Origin: Candidatus Multivoradales bacterium
GTDB taxonomy: Bacteria > Acidobacteriota > Thermoanaerobaculia > Multivoradales > Multivoraceae
Length of the DNA stretch: 64,000 nt
Direction of reading: 5' to 3'
Assembly (NCBI GenBank): GCA_965223325.1
Contig: CBDCWI010000002.1
Coordinates: 3,584,001-3,648,000 of the forward strand
A program made the position numbers and the translations under genes. Shown here in pieces: positions 48,516 through 60,855 of the stretch. The notes under the pieces are model-generated. The model searched no databases and was not told the origin of the DNA. It saw nothing but the letters and a program-made list of their open reading frames with translations. Position 1 is the stretch's first letter. Each line of letters starts with the position of its first letter.

Positions 48516-49700
48516 TCAGTGCGCGTCGAGGGCCTCGAAGAGCTCGAGGTATTGGCTGGTCACGCGGTCCCAATTGTAGAACTCGGCGGCCCGCGCTGCA
48601 GCGAGCTTTCCCATTCGATCGGCCTCGCTGGCGTCGTGCCGTAGTCGCTCGAGAATCACAGCCAGAGACTCGGGCCGCCCGACCTCGAACCACAGGCCTG
48701 CTGCGCCGGCAACCTCGCGGTTCTCTGGTGCGTCGTTGACGATCACGCAGTTGCCATAGCCCATCGCTTCGACCAGAGCGGGATGTGTTCCGCCTACCTC
48801 GGTGGCGTGGATGTAGGCGCGCGCGTTGGAGAGGAGCTCGCGATAGCCCTCGCCGTAGATGGGTCCGGGAAAGAGTACGCGCCGATCGGCCCGCGACTTC
48901 ATCTCCTCGATGAAGTGGTCGGCATAGGGCGCGCCGCCGACCATCACCAGAGGCAACGATCCCCGCACCAGACGATATGCCTCGACGACCCGGTGGGGAT
49001 TGTTCTCAGGTTCGAAACGACTGACGTAGAGGAAGTACCTCCGAGGCTCGAGACCGAGTGCTTCAAGGGTGCCGTCAGGTGGCGGCGGCAGGGGTCGAGG
49101 ATCGACGCCGTAGGCAATGACCGTCGAGGGTGCGCCGAATCGTTCGAGGTAGTGCTCCTCGATTACATCGGCGTCAGTGACCAGCCGGGTCGCGACCCAC
49201 GGTGCCAGACGCTCTGAGACGGAGTAGACCAGACGCCCGAAGGGTCCCCACTTGCTGCGTCGCTTCTCGATGCCATCGACATGCAATGCGGTTGGAATGC
49301 CGGCCAACCGCAAGAGCGGAACGAACATCGCATTGGCGCCGTTGACAACCAGCGCTGCATCGAAGCGGCGGCCTCCGTGCCGCCGCCGGAGTGCGGCGTG
49401 GAGCGTCGAAAGCAGGGTGTGGACTGGGGTATCGAGGTGCTTCGTTCGTACGGTGGGTAGCGTCGTCAGGTGAACGCCGCGATGCTCCTCGAGCTCGCGC
49501 GGGGTGTGGTGGGAACGGCAGTAGACCGTGACGTCCAGTCCGCGCTCGACCAGGCGCGTCGAGATCTCCTCCATGAACGTTTCGTAGCCGCCGTAGTTGG
49601 CGGGGATCCCCCGGCTGCCGATCAGAGCGACGCGCAGCGAGCGATCGGCCCTCGGCCTGGACGCCCCGTCATTGGACGTCGCGCTGATGATCTCAGACAT
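48516..49700 (-). CDS. GT4 glycosyltransferase with DUF1972 N-terminus (WchF/RgpA rhamnosyltransferase-like)
   Basis: IGSRGIPANYGGYETF, VDGIE..RSKW, SRFEPENN, VGGTHPALVEAM. Confidence 0.9.
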   Translation of the reverse strand: MSEIISATSNDGASRPRADRSLRVALIGSRGIPANYGGYETFMEEISTRLVERGLDVTVYCRSHHTPRELEEHRGVHLTTLPTVRTKHLDTPVHTLLSTLHAALRRRHGGRRFDAALVVNGANAMFVPLLRLAGIPTALHVDGIEKRRSKWGPFGRLVYSVSERLAPWVATRLVTDADVIEEHYLERFGAPSTVIAYGVDPRPLPPPPDGTLEALGLEPRRYFLYVSRFEPENNPHRVVEAYRLVRGSLPLVMVGGAPYADHFIEEMKSRADRRVLFPGPIYGEGYRELLSNARAYIHATEVGGTHPALVEAMGYGNCVIVNDAPENREVAGAAGLWFEVGRPESLAVILERLRHDASEADRMGKLAAARAAEFYNWDRVTSQYLELFEALDAH

Positions 49701-49719
49701 CGGCGAGAGCCTACGGCAT

Positions 49720-50748
49720 TCACTCGCCAGCCGAAGGGACGTCGGCCTGCGAGCCGTCGCGCCAGAACCACCCTTCGATCTCGCTGGCCGGCACCGTTCT
49801 TCTGCCTTGGATCAGAGCCCGCCGCTCGCGAATGCGCTCTCGATTGCGCCACAGCCAGTGGTATGCCGGGAGCGACGAACGTTCGAAGAGCAGAACCCAG
49901 ACGAGCGCCATCAAGTCGCGCGCGGTCGCCGGGACGAGGGTGGTGAGCAGGTTGAGAGGCGTCTGGTGGTAGGCGCGCAGCAGGTAGCGGTTCTTGAGCG
50001 AATGGAGGTTGACCGTCGCCGGCATCGTGGCGCGCCGGCCGGGGGTGTTGAAGCGCCGGTGAATGCAAAGCGCTGTGGGCTCATAGAGGACACCCCAGTT
50101 CCGTTCTCGAAGCCTGAAACAGAGCTCGGCGTCTTCTCGGAAGGAGTGGAAGTCCTCGTCGAGGATGCGCCCTTCGATCGCCGTGTCGTCGAGCGCCTCG
50201 AGGCGAAAGAGCGACGCGGCTCCGGTGGCGCCGAAGACCCACTCGCGTTCTTCGAACTCGGCGAGATCAGGCCTGCCGGAACCTCGGTCGAGGTGGCGCC
50301 AGGTCGGGACCAGACGCATGCCACAGGCGTCGATCGTGCGAGTCTGCTCCGGCGCTTCGACCGGTCGCAAAAGGCGCCCGGTGAGCGCCCCGCAGCGTTC
50401 GTCGAGGTTGCCGAGTGCGATCAGCCGCCCGACGTAGTCGGCTTCGGGACGTGCGTCGGCATTGAGGCTCAGCGCCCAGCTAGCCTCCGGAGCTTGTTGT
50501 CGGGCCTTCTCGAGGCCGAGGTTGAACCCGCCGGCGAACCCCAGGTTGGTTTCCGACGCGACGACAGAGACGTTGGCCAGGCCAGCGCAGACTGTGTTCA
50601 GGGTCTGGATCGTCTGGTCAGAACTCGCACAGTCGACCACCACGATGGCTCGCGGGAACGGATCCAGGGTGGCGATCGCGTGTGCCCAGCCTTCGACTTC
50701 GTCGGTGTCGTTCCAGGTCACCGTGACGATGACGTAGTCGTCGTTCAT
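49720..50748 (-). CDS. Glycosyltransferase family 2
   Basis: VVDCASSD, NLGFAGGFN, LNAD, GATGAA, REDAELCFR; start trimmed to ATG 50748. Confidence 0.88.
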   Translation of the reverse strand: MNDDYVIVTVTWNDTDEVEGWAHAIATLDPFPRAIVVVDCASSDQTIQTLNTVCAGLANVSVVASETNLGFAGGFNLGLEKARQQAPEASWALSLNADARPEADYVGRLIALGNLDERCGALTGRLLRPVEAPEQTRTIDACGMRLVPTWRHLDRGSGRPDLAEFEEREWVFGATGAASLFRLEALDDTAIEGRILDEDFHSFREDAELCFRLRERNWGVLYEPTALCIHRRFNTPGRRATMPATVNLHSLKNRYLLRAYHQTPLNLLTTLVPATARDLMALVWVLLFERSSLPAYHWLWRNRERIRERRALIQGRRTVPASEIEGWFWRDGSQADVPSAGE

Positions 50749-51716
50749 TGCGATGGCTTCGAAGTGGTGGAAGCGGTATCGCTCGGAAAGCCTGACGCCG
50801 CTTCCCGTGCAAGGCGTAAGAGACCGGTGAAAGCAGCTGCTCTCGTCCTGGCTCGGCTCGGTCGCTTGATGGGTACGAGGAGGGCGCGCAGCACAGCTGT
50901 GGTCATGAGAAGACAACGAGCGAGGGGAGCGCTACCGCGGTGGTGCTTGGCGAGGTAGCGCATCAGGTTGCGATAGTAGGTAACCAGGAACCGGCCGTAA
51001 CCGAGTCGCGGCACGGTACTGCCGAGACCGTGCTCGAAACGCGAGGCTGGCCAGTAGAGGATGCGCTGTCCCCTTTCGTGCAAGCGTCTGGCGACGTCGA
51101 CATCTTCGAACCACGCCGGCCAGAACCCCTCATCGAAGCCGCCGAGTTCATCGAGAGCCCTCTTCTCGAGCGCCAGCGCGGCGGCAGCAGGTTGTTCGAC
51201 CGGGGTGCCTTGGGCGGGCGGCAGCCGCGGTCCGCTCCCGGTGTCGAGAAACATTGCCTGGCCGAGGAGTTGGCCGAGCGTCGGTAGCGACCGGAGTTGC
51301 CACTCGCATTGGTCCTCTCCGTCGGGACCCACCAGCGCAGGTGCCAGGCCGACGACTTCCGCTTCGGCTTCGCTACGATCGATTCCCGCGAGCAATGCCT
51401 CGAGCGCTCCCGGAAGGGGATGGGCGTCGGGGTTCTGAATCAGCACCCAGGGAGACTCGGCTTCTTTAAGGGCGCGATTGACCCCACCGGCGAAGCCCAG
51501 GTTGCGCTGCGGCTCGAGCAGTCGCAGGCGTTGGCCCTCGGGACCTGGCGCAGCCGCGTCGATGAGCTGGCGCACGGTTTCGTCGTCGCCACCGTTGTGA
51601 ACGACCACCATCGCCAGGCGAGAGTCGTCGAAAGGCCAGACGCCGAGCAGCTGAGAGAGCGCTTCTTCGGTACGCCAATGCACCACGAGCGCCGTCAGGA
51701 CCGGCACGGTGCTCAC
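50745..51716 (-). CDS. Glycosyltransferase family 2
   Basis: NLGFAGGVN, QNPD, GGFDEGFWPAWFEDVD. Confidence 0.88.
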   Translation of the reverse strand: MSTVPVLTALVVHWRTEEALSQLLGVWPFDDSRLAMVVVHNGGDDETVRQLIDAAAPGPEGQRLRLLEPQRNLGFAGGVNRALKEAESPWVLIQNPDAHPLPGALEALLAGIDRSEAEAEVVGLAPALVGPDGEDQCEWQLRSLPTLGQLLGQAMFLDTGSGPRLPPAQGTPVEQPAAAALALEKRALDELGGFDEGFWPAWFEDVDVARRLHERGQRILYWPASRFEHGLGSTVPRLGYGRFLVTYYRNLMRYLAKHHRGSAPLARCLLMTTAVLRALLVPIKRPSRARTRAAAFTGLLRLAREAASGFPSDTASTTSKPSQ

Positions 51717-52720
51717 CGTTCGAGGCCGGTTGAAAGCTCATGGAGCGGGATCCGAGGCCGGCCCAGGTGACACCAGACCGGCAGGCCGAGGAGCGCTTCG
51801 AAGAGGCCGAACTTGATGCCGATCACCTCCCGGAGGTGGAGGCCTGCGGTGGCGCGGACGAGGTCGATGAAGTCGCGCCCGGCGATCATCGGCAGGTGAA
51901 GCAGGAAGGAGGCGCCGAGGAGATCGGCAAGCACCAACCACCGATTGCGGGTCAAGAGGCGCGCGCGATGGGTGGTCATCGTGGCGCCGGTGGTCGAGCC
52001 GGCGTGCAGGGCGCGGGCAGCGGCGACGGTGACGCAACGTTGCCCGGTGGCGCGCAGGCGCCCGGCCAATTCGACATCTTCGTACCAGCTCTCGAGGTCC
52101 TCACGAAAGGGCGAGGCCCCGGGTGAACTGACGTGGTCGAGCGTTGCCGTGCGGTAGATCGCAGCCGTCGCCGAAACGCCGAAGACCGGAACGATTCCCG
52201 ACCGCAAGACAAGCGCGAGAGACTGCCCGTAGCCCAGCTGCAGCGCCTGCAGGCTCGGGCTCCAGGCGATTCCCGCACCGTCGACCAGCTGATCGGGGTC
52301 TCCGGCCGCCGCGCGCTCGGTGTCTTCCGGACGGCCGATGAGGTTGATGCCCTGTGCCGCCGCAACACCGAAGTCCTCTTCGAGCACCGAAAGAAGTTGC
52401 TCGGACCAGCCCGAGATGACGAAGGCGTCGTCGTTGATGAGCGCTGTGTATTGAGGAGCAAACTCACCGTCAGCCAGCGAGTCGATGCCCAGATTAGTGC
52501 CGCGAGCGAACCCCACATTGCGCTCGAGGTGGAGCACCGAGCAGCGCCTCCCGCCGATCTCTTGCGCGACCCGATCGGCCGCATGGTGTGCATCTTCTCC
52601 TTGCGCCACGATTCTGGCGTGAGCGCCTTCTCCCGCATCGTCGAGGAACGCGCCTACCGATGCCCCGAGCCAGGGGCTCTTGCCGAGGGTGGGGATGACG
52701 GCTGCGAGACGAATGCTCAT
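51713..52720 (-). CDS. Glycosyltransferase family 2
   Basis: NVGFARGTN, LINDD, VSATAAIYR, WYEDVELA. Confidence 0.85.
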   Translation of the reverse strand: MSIRLAAVIPTLGKSPWLGASVGAFLDDAGEGAHARIVAQGEDAHHAADRVAQEIGGRRCSVLHLERNVGFARGTNLGIDSLADGEFAPQYTALINDDAFVISGWSEQLLSVLEEDFGVAAAQGINLIGRPEDTERAAAGDPDQLVDGAGIAWSPSLQALQLGYGQSLALVLRSGIVPVFGVSATAAIYRTATLDHVSSPGASPFREDLESWYEDVELAGRLRATGQRCVTVAAARALHAGSTTGATMTTHRARLLTRNRWLVLADLLGASFLLHLPMIAGRDFIDLVRATAGLHLREVIGIKFGLFEALLGLPVWCHLGRPRIPLHELSTGLER

Positions 52721-52729
52721 TGGGCCACG

Positions 52730-54490
52730 CTATCCGGCTCTCTCGGGCACTGCAGGGCCGGGGGCGATGCTGAGTCGATAGAGCGTCAAGGCTGTTGCTT
52801 CGGGCAGCTGTTCGGATCGGGTGATGGTCAGCCGGCAGGAGCCGGTCTGTGTGGGTCTGTCGTCGGCTGGCTGGAGTTCGATGCGGCTTCGGAAGCGCCG
52901 GCCGAGCTTGCCGTCGGCGCTCACCCAATGGGCGAAGGTCGGTGGCGCAGCGGCTCCGCCCGTCGCAGTGGCCGACCACTCGCCGGTGTCACGACCCACG
53001 AGAATGTCTGCTTCGAAGACTGGGCCGGTCGCGGTGGCGAGTTCTATCGAACCGGCGACCTCCCCGGTCGCCAACTCAGCGGCATGATCGAGCATTGAGT
53101 GCATGGTGAGGAGCACGGTGCGGAGAGAGGTTCCTTCTAGTGGCAGGGCGAGCTCATCGCAGCCAACGACGAACTGCGGCGTGTCCGAGGCCAGGACGAC
53201 CGGTGGCCAGGCGAGCAGCAGCTCTTCGTTGGCGCGCCAGGTGAGGTCTGCAACCTCGGTGACGGCGGCTTCGATCGAGGTCGCCGGAGTCGGTTGGAGC
53301 CATGGGTAGCCACCGGCGAGGAGGGCGAGGGTGCTCATGACGATGGCGGCGGTAGGCACAGCTCGCGACCACACCGGCCTTCTCTGGTTCGCCGGGGAGG
53401 GCGGGAAACCGGCGCCGCCCAGGGCCAACAAGCCGGCAGCAGGCAGGAGCGCATCGGGGGCGCCGGTTCGCGAACCGACAATCGCCAACGCCGTGGCGGT
53501 TGCTGCCAACCAGCCGCGCCGCGTGGCGTCGGGCAGGGCAAGAGAGGCAAACCAGGGCAGGAGTAGAACGAGATCGGCCCCAACCTGGGGCCACGGTCGG
53601 TTGTCTCCTACGAGGGCGAGCATTCCAGCCGCCACCAGGAGGAGCGCAAACCACGATCGCGTCCTACGCTCCTGGCCGGGCACAAGAACGATTGCCAAGC
53701 CGGCGAGGATGGCCGGGAGCGCTCGCACCGGCCCGAAGGTCACCGTAGCCGCCAGGGCCGCGACCGCAGCGCCAGCGGTCAGGGCGTAGACCGGCGAGCT
53801 GGCGGTGTTTCTAGTGAGTGCGGAGCCAAGAACGAGGGCAGCGACAACCGCTACCGCGAAGGGGTCGAGCAGGCCGCCAAAGAAGAGCAGCGCTGCCAGC
53901 ACCAGAAGGGTGCGGTCGCTCCCGGCAGACTGCGCCAGCCAGACGAGCCCGATCGCCATTGCCACTGGAACGACAACCAGGCTGAGGGACGCGGCGAGAA
54001 CTGTTCCGGCCCGAGGAGTCCCGGAACCGACGAGGGCCAAGATCAGCTCGCTTCCGAGAGTGAGCTGGATCGCCAACACCAACGCACCCCAGGCGACGAG
54101 CTTTTTCGGGTTCGCCCGCAGATCAGTGCGGTTCACGGTCCGTTCCCGAGCGACGAGGTCCCAACTGGCGAGCGCAATGGCCCCGGCAAGCAGGGCGGTC
54201 ACGCTGAGACCGCGAATCGGTGCGTTGGGAAGGGTCCACACGGCGACCGCGATGCCGAGGGGGGCAAACATGCGGAGCAGGCGATTGCGGGTGACGGAGA
54301 AGGTCATAAACAGAGCGCCGGCGGCTACCACTGCCAAGAGCCGCGCCTCGGCTGCCGAGTTGGGTTCCGCGTCGGTCCAGGCCATCGCCAGACAAGCCGC
54401 AGCGGTGGCGGCGGCAAGGGTGCCGTCAACCAGCGCATCCTGCCAACCGCTCGTCGCCGGTGGCTGCTGCGCCAGAGTCGCCTCTCTCAT
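52730..54490 (-). CDS. Polytopic membrane protein with C-terminal soluble domain, first gene of the glycosyltransferase operon
   Basis: Many Ala/Leu-rich hydrophobic segments followed by about 170 aa hydrophilic tail; 9 nt from the next GT2; GGAGA SD. Confidence 0.65.
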   Translation of the reverse strand: MREATLAQQPPATSGWQDALVDGTLAAATAAACLAMAWTDAEPNSAAEARLLAVVAAGALFMTFSVTRNRLLRMFAPLGIAVAVWTLPNAPIRGLSVTALLAGAIALASWDLVARERTVNRTDLRANPKKLVAWGALVLAIQLTLGSELILALVGSGTPRAGTVLAASLSLVVVPVAMAIGLVWLAQSAGSDRTLLVLAALLFFGGLLDPFAVAVVAALVLGSALTRNTASSPVYALTAGAAVAALAATVTFGPVRALPAILAGLAIVLVPGQERRTRSWFALLLVAAGMLALVGDNRPWPQVGADLVLLLPWFASLALPDATRRGWLAATATALAIVGSRTGAPDALLPAAGLLALGGAGFPPSPANQRRPVWSRAVPTAAIVMSTLALLAGGYPWLQPTPATSIEAAVTEVADLTWRANEELLLAWPPVVLASDTPQFVVGCDELALPLEGTSLRTVLLTMHSMLDHAAELATGEVAGSIELATATGPVFEADILVGRDTGEWSATATGGAAAPPTFAHWVSADGKLGRRFRSRIELQPADDRPTQTGSCRLTITRSEQLPEATALTLYRLSIAPGPAVPERAG

Positions 54491-54772
54491 TCGAGTCTCT
54501 CCACGCTGACAGCGTTCAACCTCGCCGCTCGATGCGAGCGCCTTTTGGACCCGCCTCCCTTGCCCGCGTGCGACGGCTGTGGCACAGTCACGGCGCCGTT
54601 TGCGAGCGGGTCCGGGCCGGCCCGGCGTTGTCGAAGATTGCTTTCACCGCGGGTCCCGGCTAGCCAGCGAGGCCTGCTTGGCCCACGGTTCTCGAACTCC
54701 GCTACGTTTACCGATCACTATTCTCTTCCGACAAGTCGCTTTAGATCAGCCGACTTCGAAGGACCTTCGTAG

Positions 54773-58045
<3,273 letters not shown>

Positions 58046-58256
58046 GAGAACTCCGAATCCAAAGCGACTTTGTGGCCTACTGGCCATCGTGGAACGGTTT
58101 TACGAGCCCAGCCAACTGTGGGAATCCCTGGCTAGCACCTCGCAGTCGGGCCAGCCAGCTCGAACGTCATCGTGTGTTCCGGCGAGCGCGCCGTGGCCGG
58201 CGGAGTCTCAAAACGCCAGGTTCACTGAATCGGCCACCGGTATGATCGTGGCGACC

Positions 58257-58472
58257 ATGTCACTACGGGATTCCGAAAGGAGCGAACGGGGAGCGCTTGG
58301 CCGCGCGATTCTCTACTCGCTGTTGGCCGTCATCAGCTTCACGAGTGCGGCGATTCTCTACTCGACGGATCGTTACGGGTGGATCACAGTGGCGGTGCAG
58401 CTGGTCCTGGGCTTTTTCTGGACGATGGCCGCGAGTCGATGGTGGCATCGATACTTTGGCCGCTGGCCCTGA
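58257..58472 (+). CDS. Small two-TM membrane protein
   Basis: C-terminal part of ORF 57948..58472 with two hydrophobic helices (AILYSLLAVISFTSAAILY; WITVAVQLVLGFFWTMAA); start uncertain (58242 or 58257). Confidence 0.5.
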   Translation: MSLRDSERSERGALGRAILYSLLAVISFTSAAILYSTDRYGWITVAVQLVLGFFWTMAASRWWHRYFGRWP

Positions 58473-58523
58473 GGCTGAATCCTGGTTGTGGATCCTGGAG
58501 TTTGAGGCGAGAATCACACTCCC

Positions 58524-58613
58524 GGAGGGGTGGCAGAGTGGTCGAATGCACCGGTCTTGAAAACCGGCGTCCGTTTACGCGGACCGTGGGTTCGAATCCC
58601 ACCCCCTCCGCCA
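58524..58613 (+). tRNA. tRNA-Ser (TGA)
   Basis: GGAGGGGTGGCAGAGTGGTCGAATGCACCGGTCT-TGA-AAACCGG, long variable arm, GTGGGTTCGAATCCCACCCCCTCCGCCA. Confidence 0.96.
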
Positions 58614-58995
58614 CTCGCTGGCCGGAGGCCAGCGGTGGCGGTGTGGCTGGGATTCAGTGGTGCGCTCCAGCTTTCAGCTGAACCGCATGCATCGAATCCC
58701 ACCCCCTCCCACTCGCTGGCGGGGGGCCAGCGGTGGCGGCGTGGCTGGGATTCAGTGGTGCGCTCCAGCTTTCAGCTGAACCGCATGCATCGAATCCCAC
58801 CCCCTCCCACTCGCTGGCGGGGGGCCAGCGGTGGCGGTGTGGCTGGGATTCAGTGGTGCGCTCCAGCTTTCAGCTGAACCGCATGCATCGAATCCCACCC
58901 CCTCCCACTCGCTGGCGGGGGGCCAGCGGTGGCGGTGTGGCTGGGATTCAGTGGTGCGCTCCAGCTTTCAGCTGGACCGCATGCATCGAATCCCC
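58592..58995 (+). repeat. tRNA-Ser-linked tandem repeat, 4 units of 98-100 bp, each starting with the tRNA 3' end
   Basis: TCGAATCCC recurs at 58592, 58692, 58790, 58888 and 58986; units nearly identical. Confidence 0.95.
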
Positions 58996-59158
58996 CTCGC
59001 ACCGTTTCGCTTTTCTCGGAAGGTTGGTCTTTGCTTGTCTGGCCTTCGGCCAGGCTCGCCGGAGTCGGTGCGGAGCGGTCACGGTTGAAGCGTTCTCCGC
59101 CCGCCAGCCCTCCCTGCCAATCGGTGCGAGATCGTCGCATGCGTGACACAGTCGGTCT

Positions 59159-59677
59159 ATGCAGCATTCAAAGTTGGTACGTCAAACGGTCCGTCTCCCC
59201 ATCGTGCTGCTTACTCTGTCAATCATCGCGGGAGGCCTACAGGCTCATCCGAAACGATATGACCCAGATGGCGAGTACTACTTCACTTTTAGGGACGCGC
59301 CTCGTTCACTGGAGCTGAAGTCTGACGAAATCTGGGTCAAAGCCCGGGCAGGAAGTACCGTCTCGGATGAGGAAATCCGCACGCAGGTTCCCGGGTGGGC
59401 ACGCAGCCTCACGAGGGGCCAGTGGGTTCTGTTCAAGGGCCCGAATGCTTCTGCGCCTCCACGTCCGGCGAGTATTGAACCCCTACCCCCCCGGAGAATT
59501 CGTGGCGCTATCAACCGCCTGATTGACACACTTCAGAACACCCTTTGGGTCAGCCCTGCGTTCTTGGATCCGGATGGCTACGAGCTGACCTTCCCCCCGC
59601 AACTGGTGGTCAGGCTGCGACCTGGAATCGCTGATGAAGATGCACAGCGATTCTTCCGGCGGACTGGGTTCCAGTAA
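59159..59677 (+). CDS. Signal peptide plus probable subtilase pro-region (likely 5' half of a frameshifted S8 gene)
   Basis: Signal peptide; QLVVRLRPG resembles S8 propeptide strands; ends 8 nt before the S8 catalytic ORF, in a different frame. Confidence 0.55.
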   Translation: MQHSKLVRQTVRLPIVLLTLSIIAGGLQAHPKRYDPDGEYYFTFRDAPRSLELKSDEIWVKARAGSTVSDEEIRTQVPGWARSLTRGQWVLFKGPNASAPPRPASIEPLPPRRIRGAINRLIDTLQNTLWVSPAFLDPDGYELTFPPQLVVRLRPGIADEDAQRFFRRTGFQ

Positions 59678-59685
59678 CGGTTGTA

Positions 59686-60855
59686 ATGCCGACGAACTCA
59701 TGGGCATTAGATGGAACGTGGGGGATCAACGTCGGCCCGGCATGGGACCTTTGCGGAGGTGCCGACTCGGCCAGCAATCCAATAGTGCGAGTGGGAGTGG
59801 TCGACGAGGGAATCGACTCGACACACGCCGACCTCGATGCGGAGACTGGCCGAAACTTCGCGGCCGAAGGCTACGACAACAACGGTGTGCCGAACGTCCC
59901 GGTTGGCCCGTCGAGCACTGCTGCTCACGTTCACGACGACGATCGTTACATGCTCAGCACCCCAGAGAGTTGCGAGAGGCATGGAACTCAGGTCGCTGGA
60001 ATCGTCGGGATGCTCAACAATCTTGACGGTAGTTCCAACCAGGCCGGAGGCGTCGGTGTGGCGCCGGAAGCGACCATTGTTCCCGTCAAAGGTCACTTCT
60101 TCGTCTGGGGAGACGATGGTTCCGGCAGTTTTGAGTGTGGCCTTAAGTCTGCGCAGGTCAACTCGGAGATCGCAGATGCTCTGGCTTGGGCCGCGAGTCC
60201 GACGGGTGGCAATGTCCGTGTCCTTGTCCACAGCTGGGAGGTCAATCTCTCGAGTGCCGTGACCGACCAGTACGTGGCTCTCCGCAACGCCGGTGTCGTG
60301 TCGGTTTCATCAGCGGGCCACGGCAACTCATCGGGAGTGACCTTTCCGGCGAATCTCCCCGAGGTTATCGCTGTGGGGGGTATAGATGACCAAGGACGGC
60401 GATTGGTTAGCGGTAGCAACGGGAGCAATTGGGCCGGCCAAGGCCTGTCGATGCCCTTCGCGGCACCAGCGTACTTCCTCCTTACGGCCGATCCCTCTTG
60501 TAGGAGGGGAGAACTCGATTCGTTCCCTGTCGGCCAGCTGACCTGTGCCAACGACTTGAATAAGGGCAACTATGTTCGCCAAGCGCTGGGTACCTCCCAC
60601 GCAGCACCGTTCGTTGCGGGGACAGCTGCTCTCATGATTGGCGTAAACGATGCCCTGGATCCCCACGCGGTAGAGAAGATTCTCTGCTGGACCTCTCGCA
60701 GCCTCCCCGGCTGGTCTCGGAATACTCCACCGGAGCCGCCTCCAGACTGTGGCCTCATCGATGCAGGGGCGGCCGTCGAAATGGCCCTTGACTACTTATT
60801 CGATGACGACTTTGAGACGGAGGACGTTGGCCGGTGGTCCTCGGTAACACCCTGA
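59686..60855 (+). CDS. S8 subtilisin-like serine peptidase catalytic domain with C-terminal FxDDFE tail
   Basis: Triad motifs VGVVDEGID, HGTQVAG, GTSHAAP; FPANLPEVIAVG; CGLIDAGAAV; no signal peptide or clear SD of its own. Confidence 0.85.
   Translation: MPTNSWALDGTWGINVGPAWDLCGGADSASNPIVRVGVVDEGIDSTHADLDAETGRNFAAEGYDNNGVPNVPVGPSSTAAHVHDDDRYMLSTPESCERHGTQVAGIVGMLNNLDGSSNQAGGVGVAPEATIVPVKGHFFVWGDDGSGSFECGLKSAQVNSEIADALAWAASPTGGNVRVLVHSWEVNLSSAVTDQYVALRNAGVVSVSSAGHGNSSGVTFPANLPEVIAVGGIDDQGRRLVSGSNGSNWAGQGLSMPFAAPAYFLLTADPSCRRGELDSFPVGQLTCANDLNKGNYVRQALGTSHAAPFVAGTAALMIGVNDALDPHAVEKILCWTSRSLPGWSRNTPPEPPPDCGLIDAGAAVEMALDYLFDDDFETEDVGRWSSVTP

Noticed and set aside
58592-58995. 98-bp repeats as CRISPR, integron attC sites, extra tRNAs or small proteins
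   Set aside because: There are no variable spacers, no RYYYAAC/GTTRRRY ends and no D or anticodon arms; the ORFs are by-products of the repeat.
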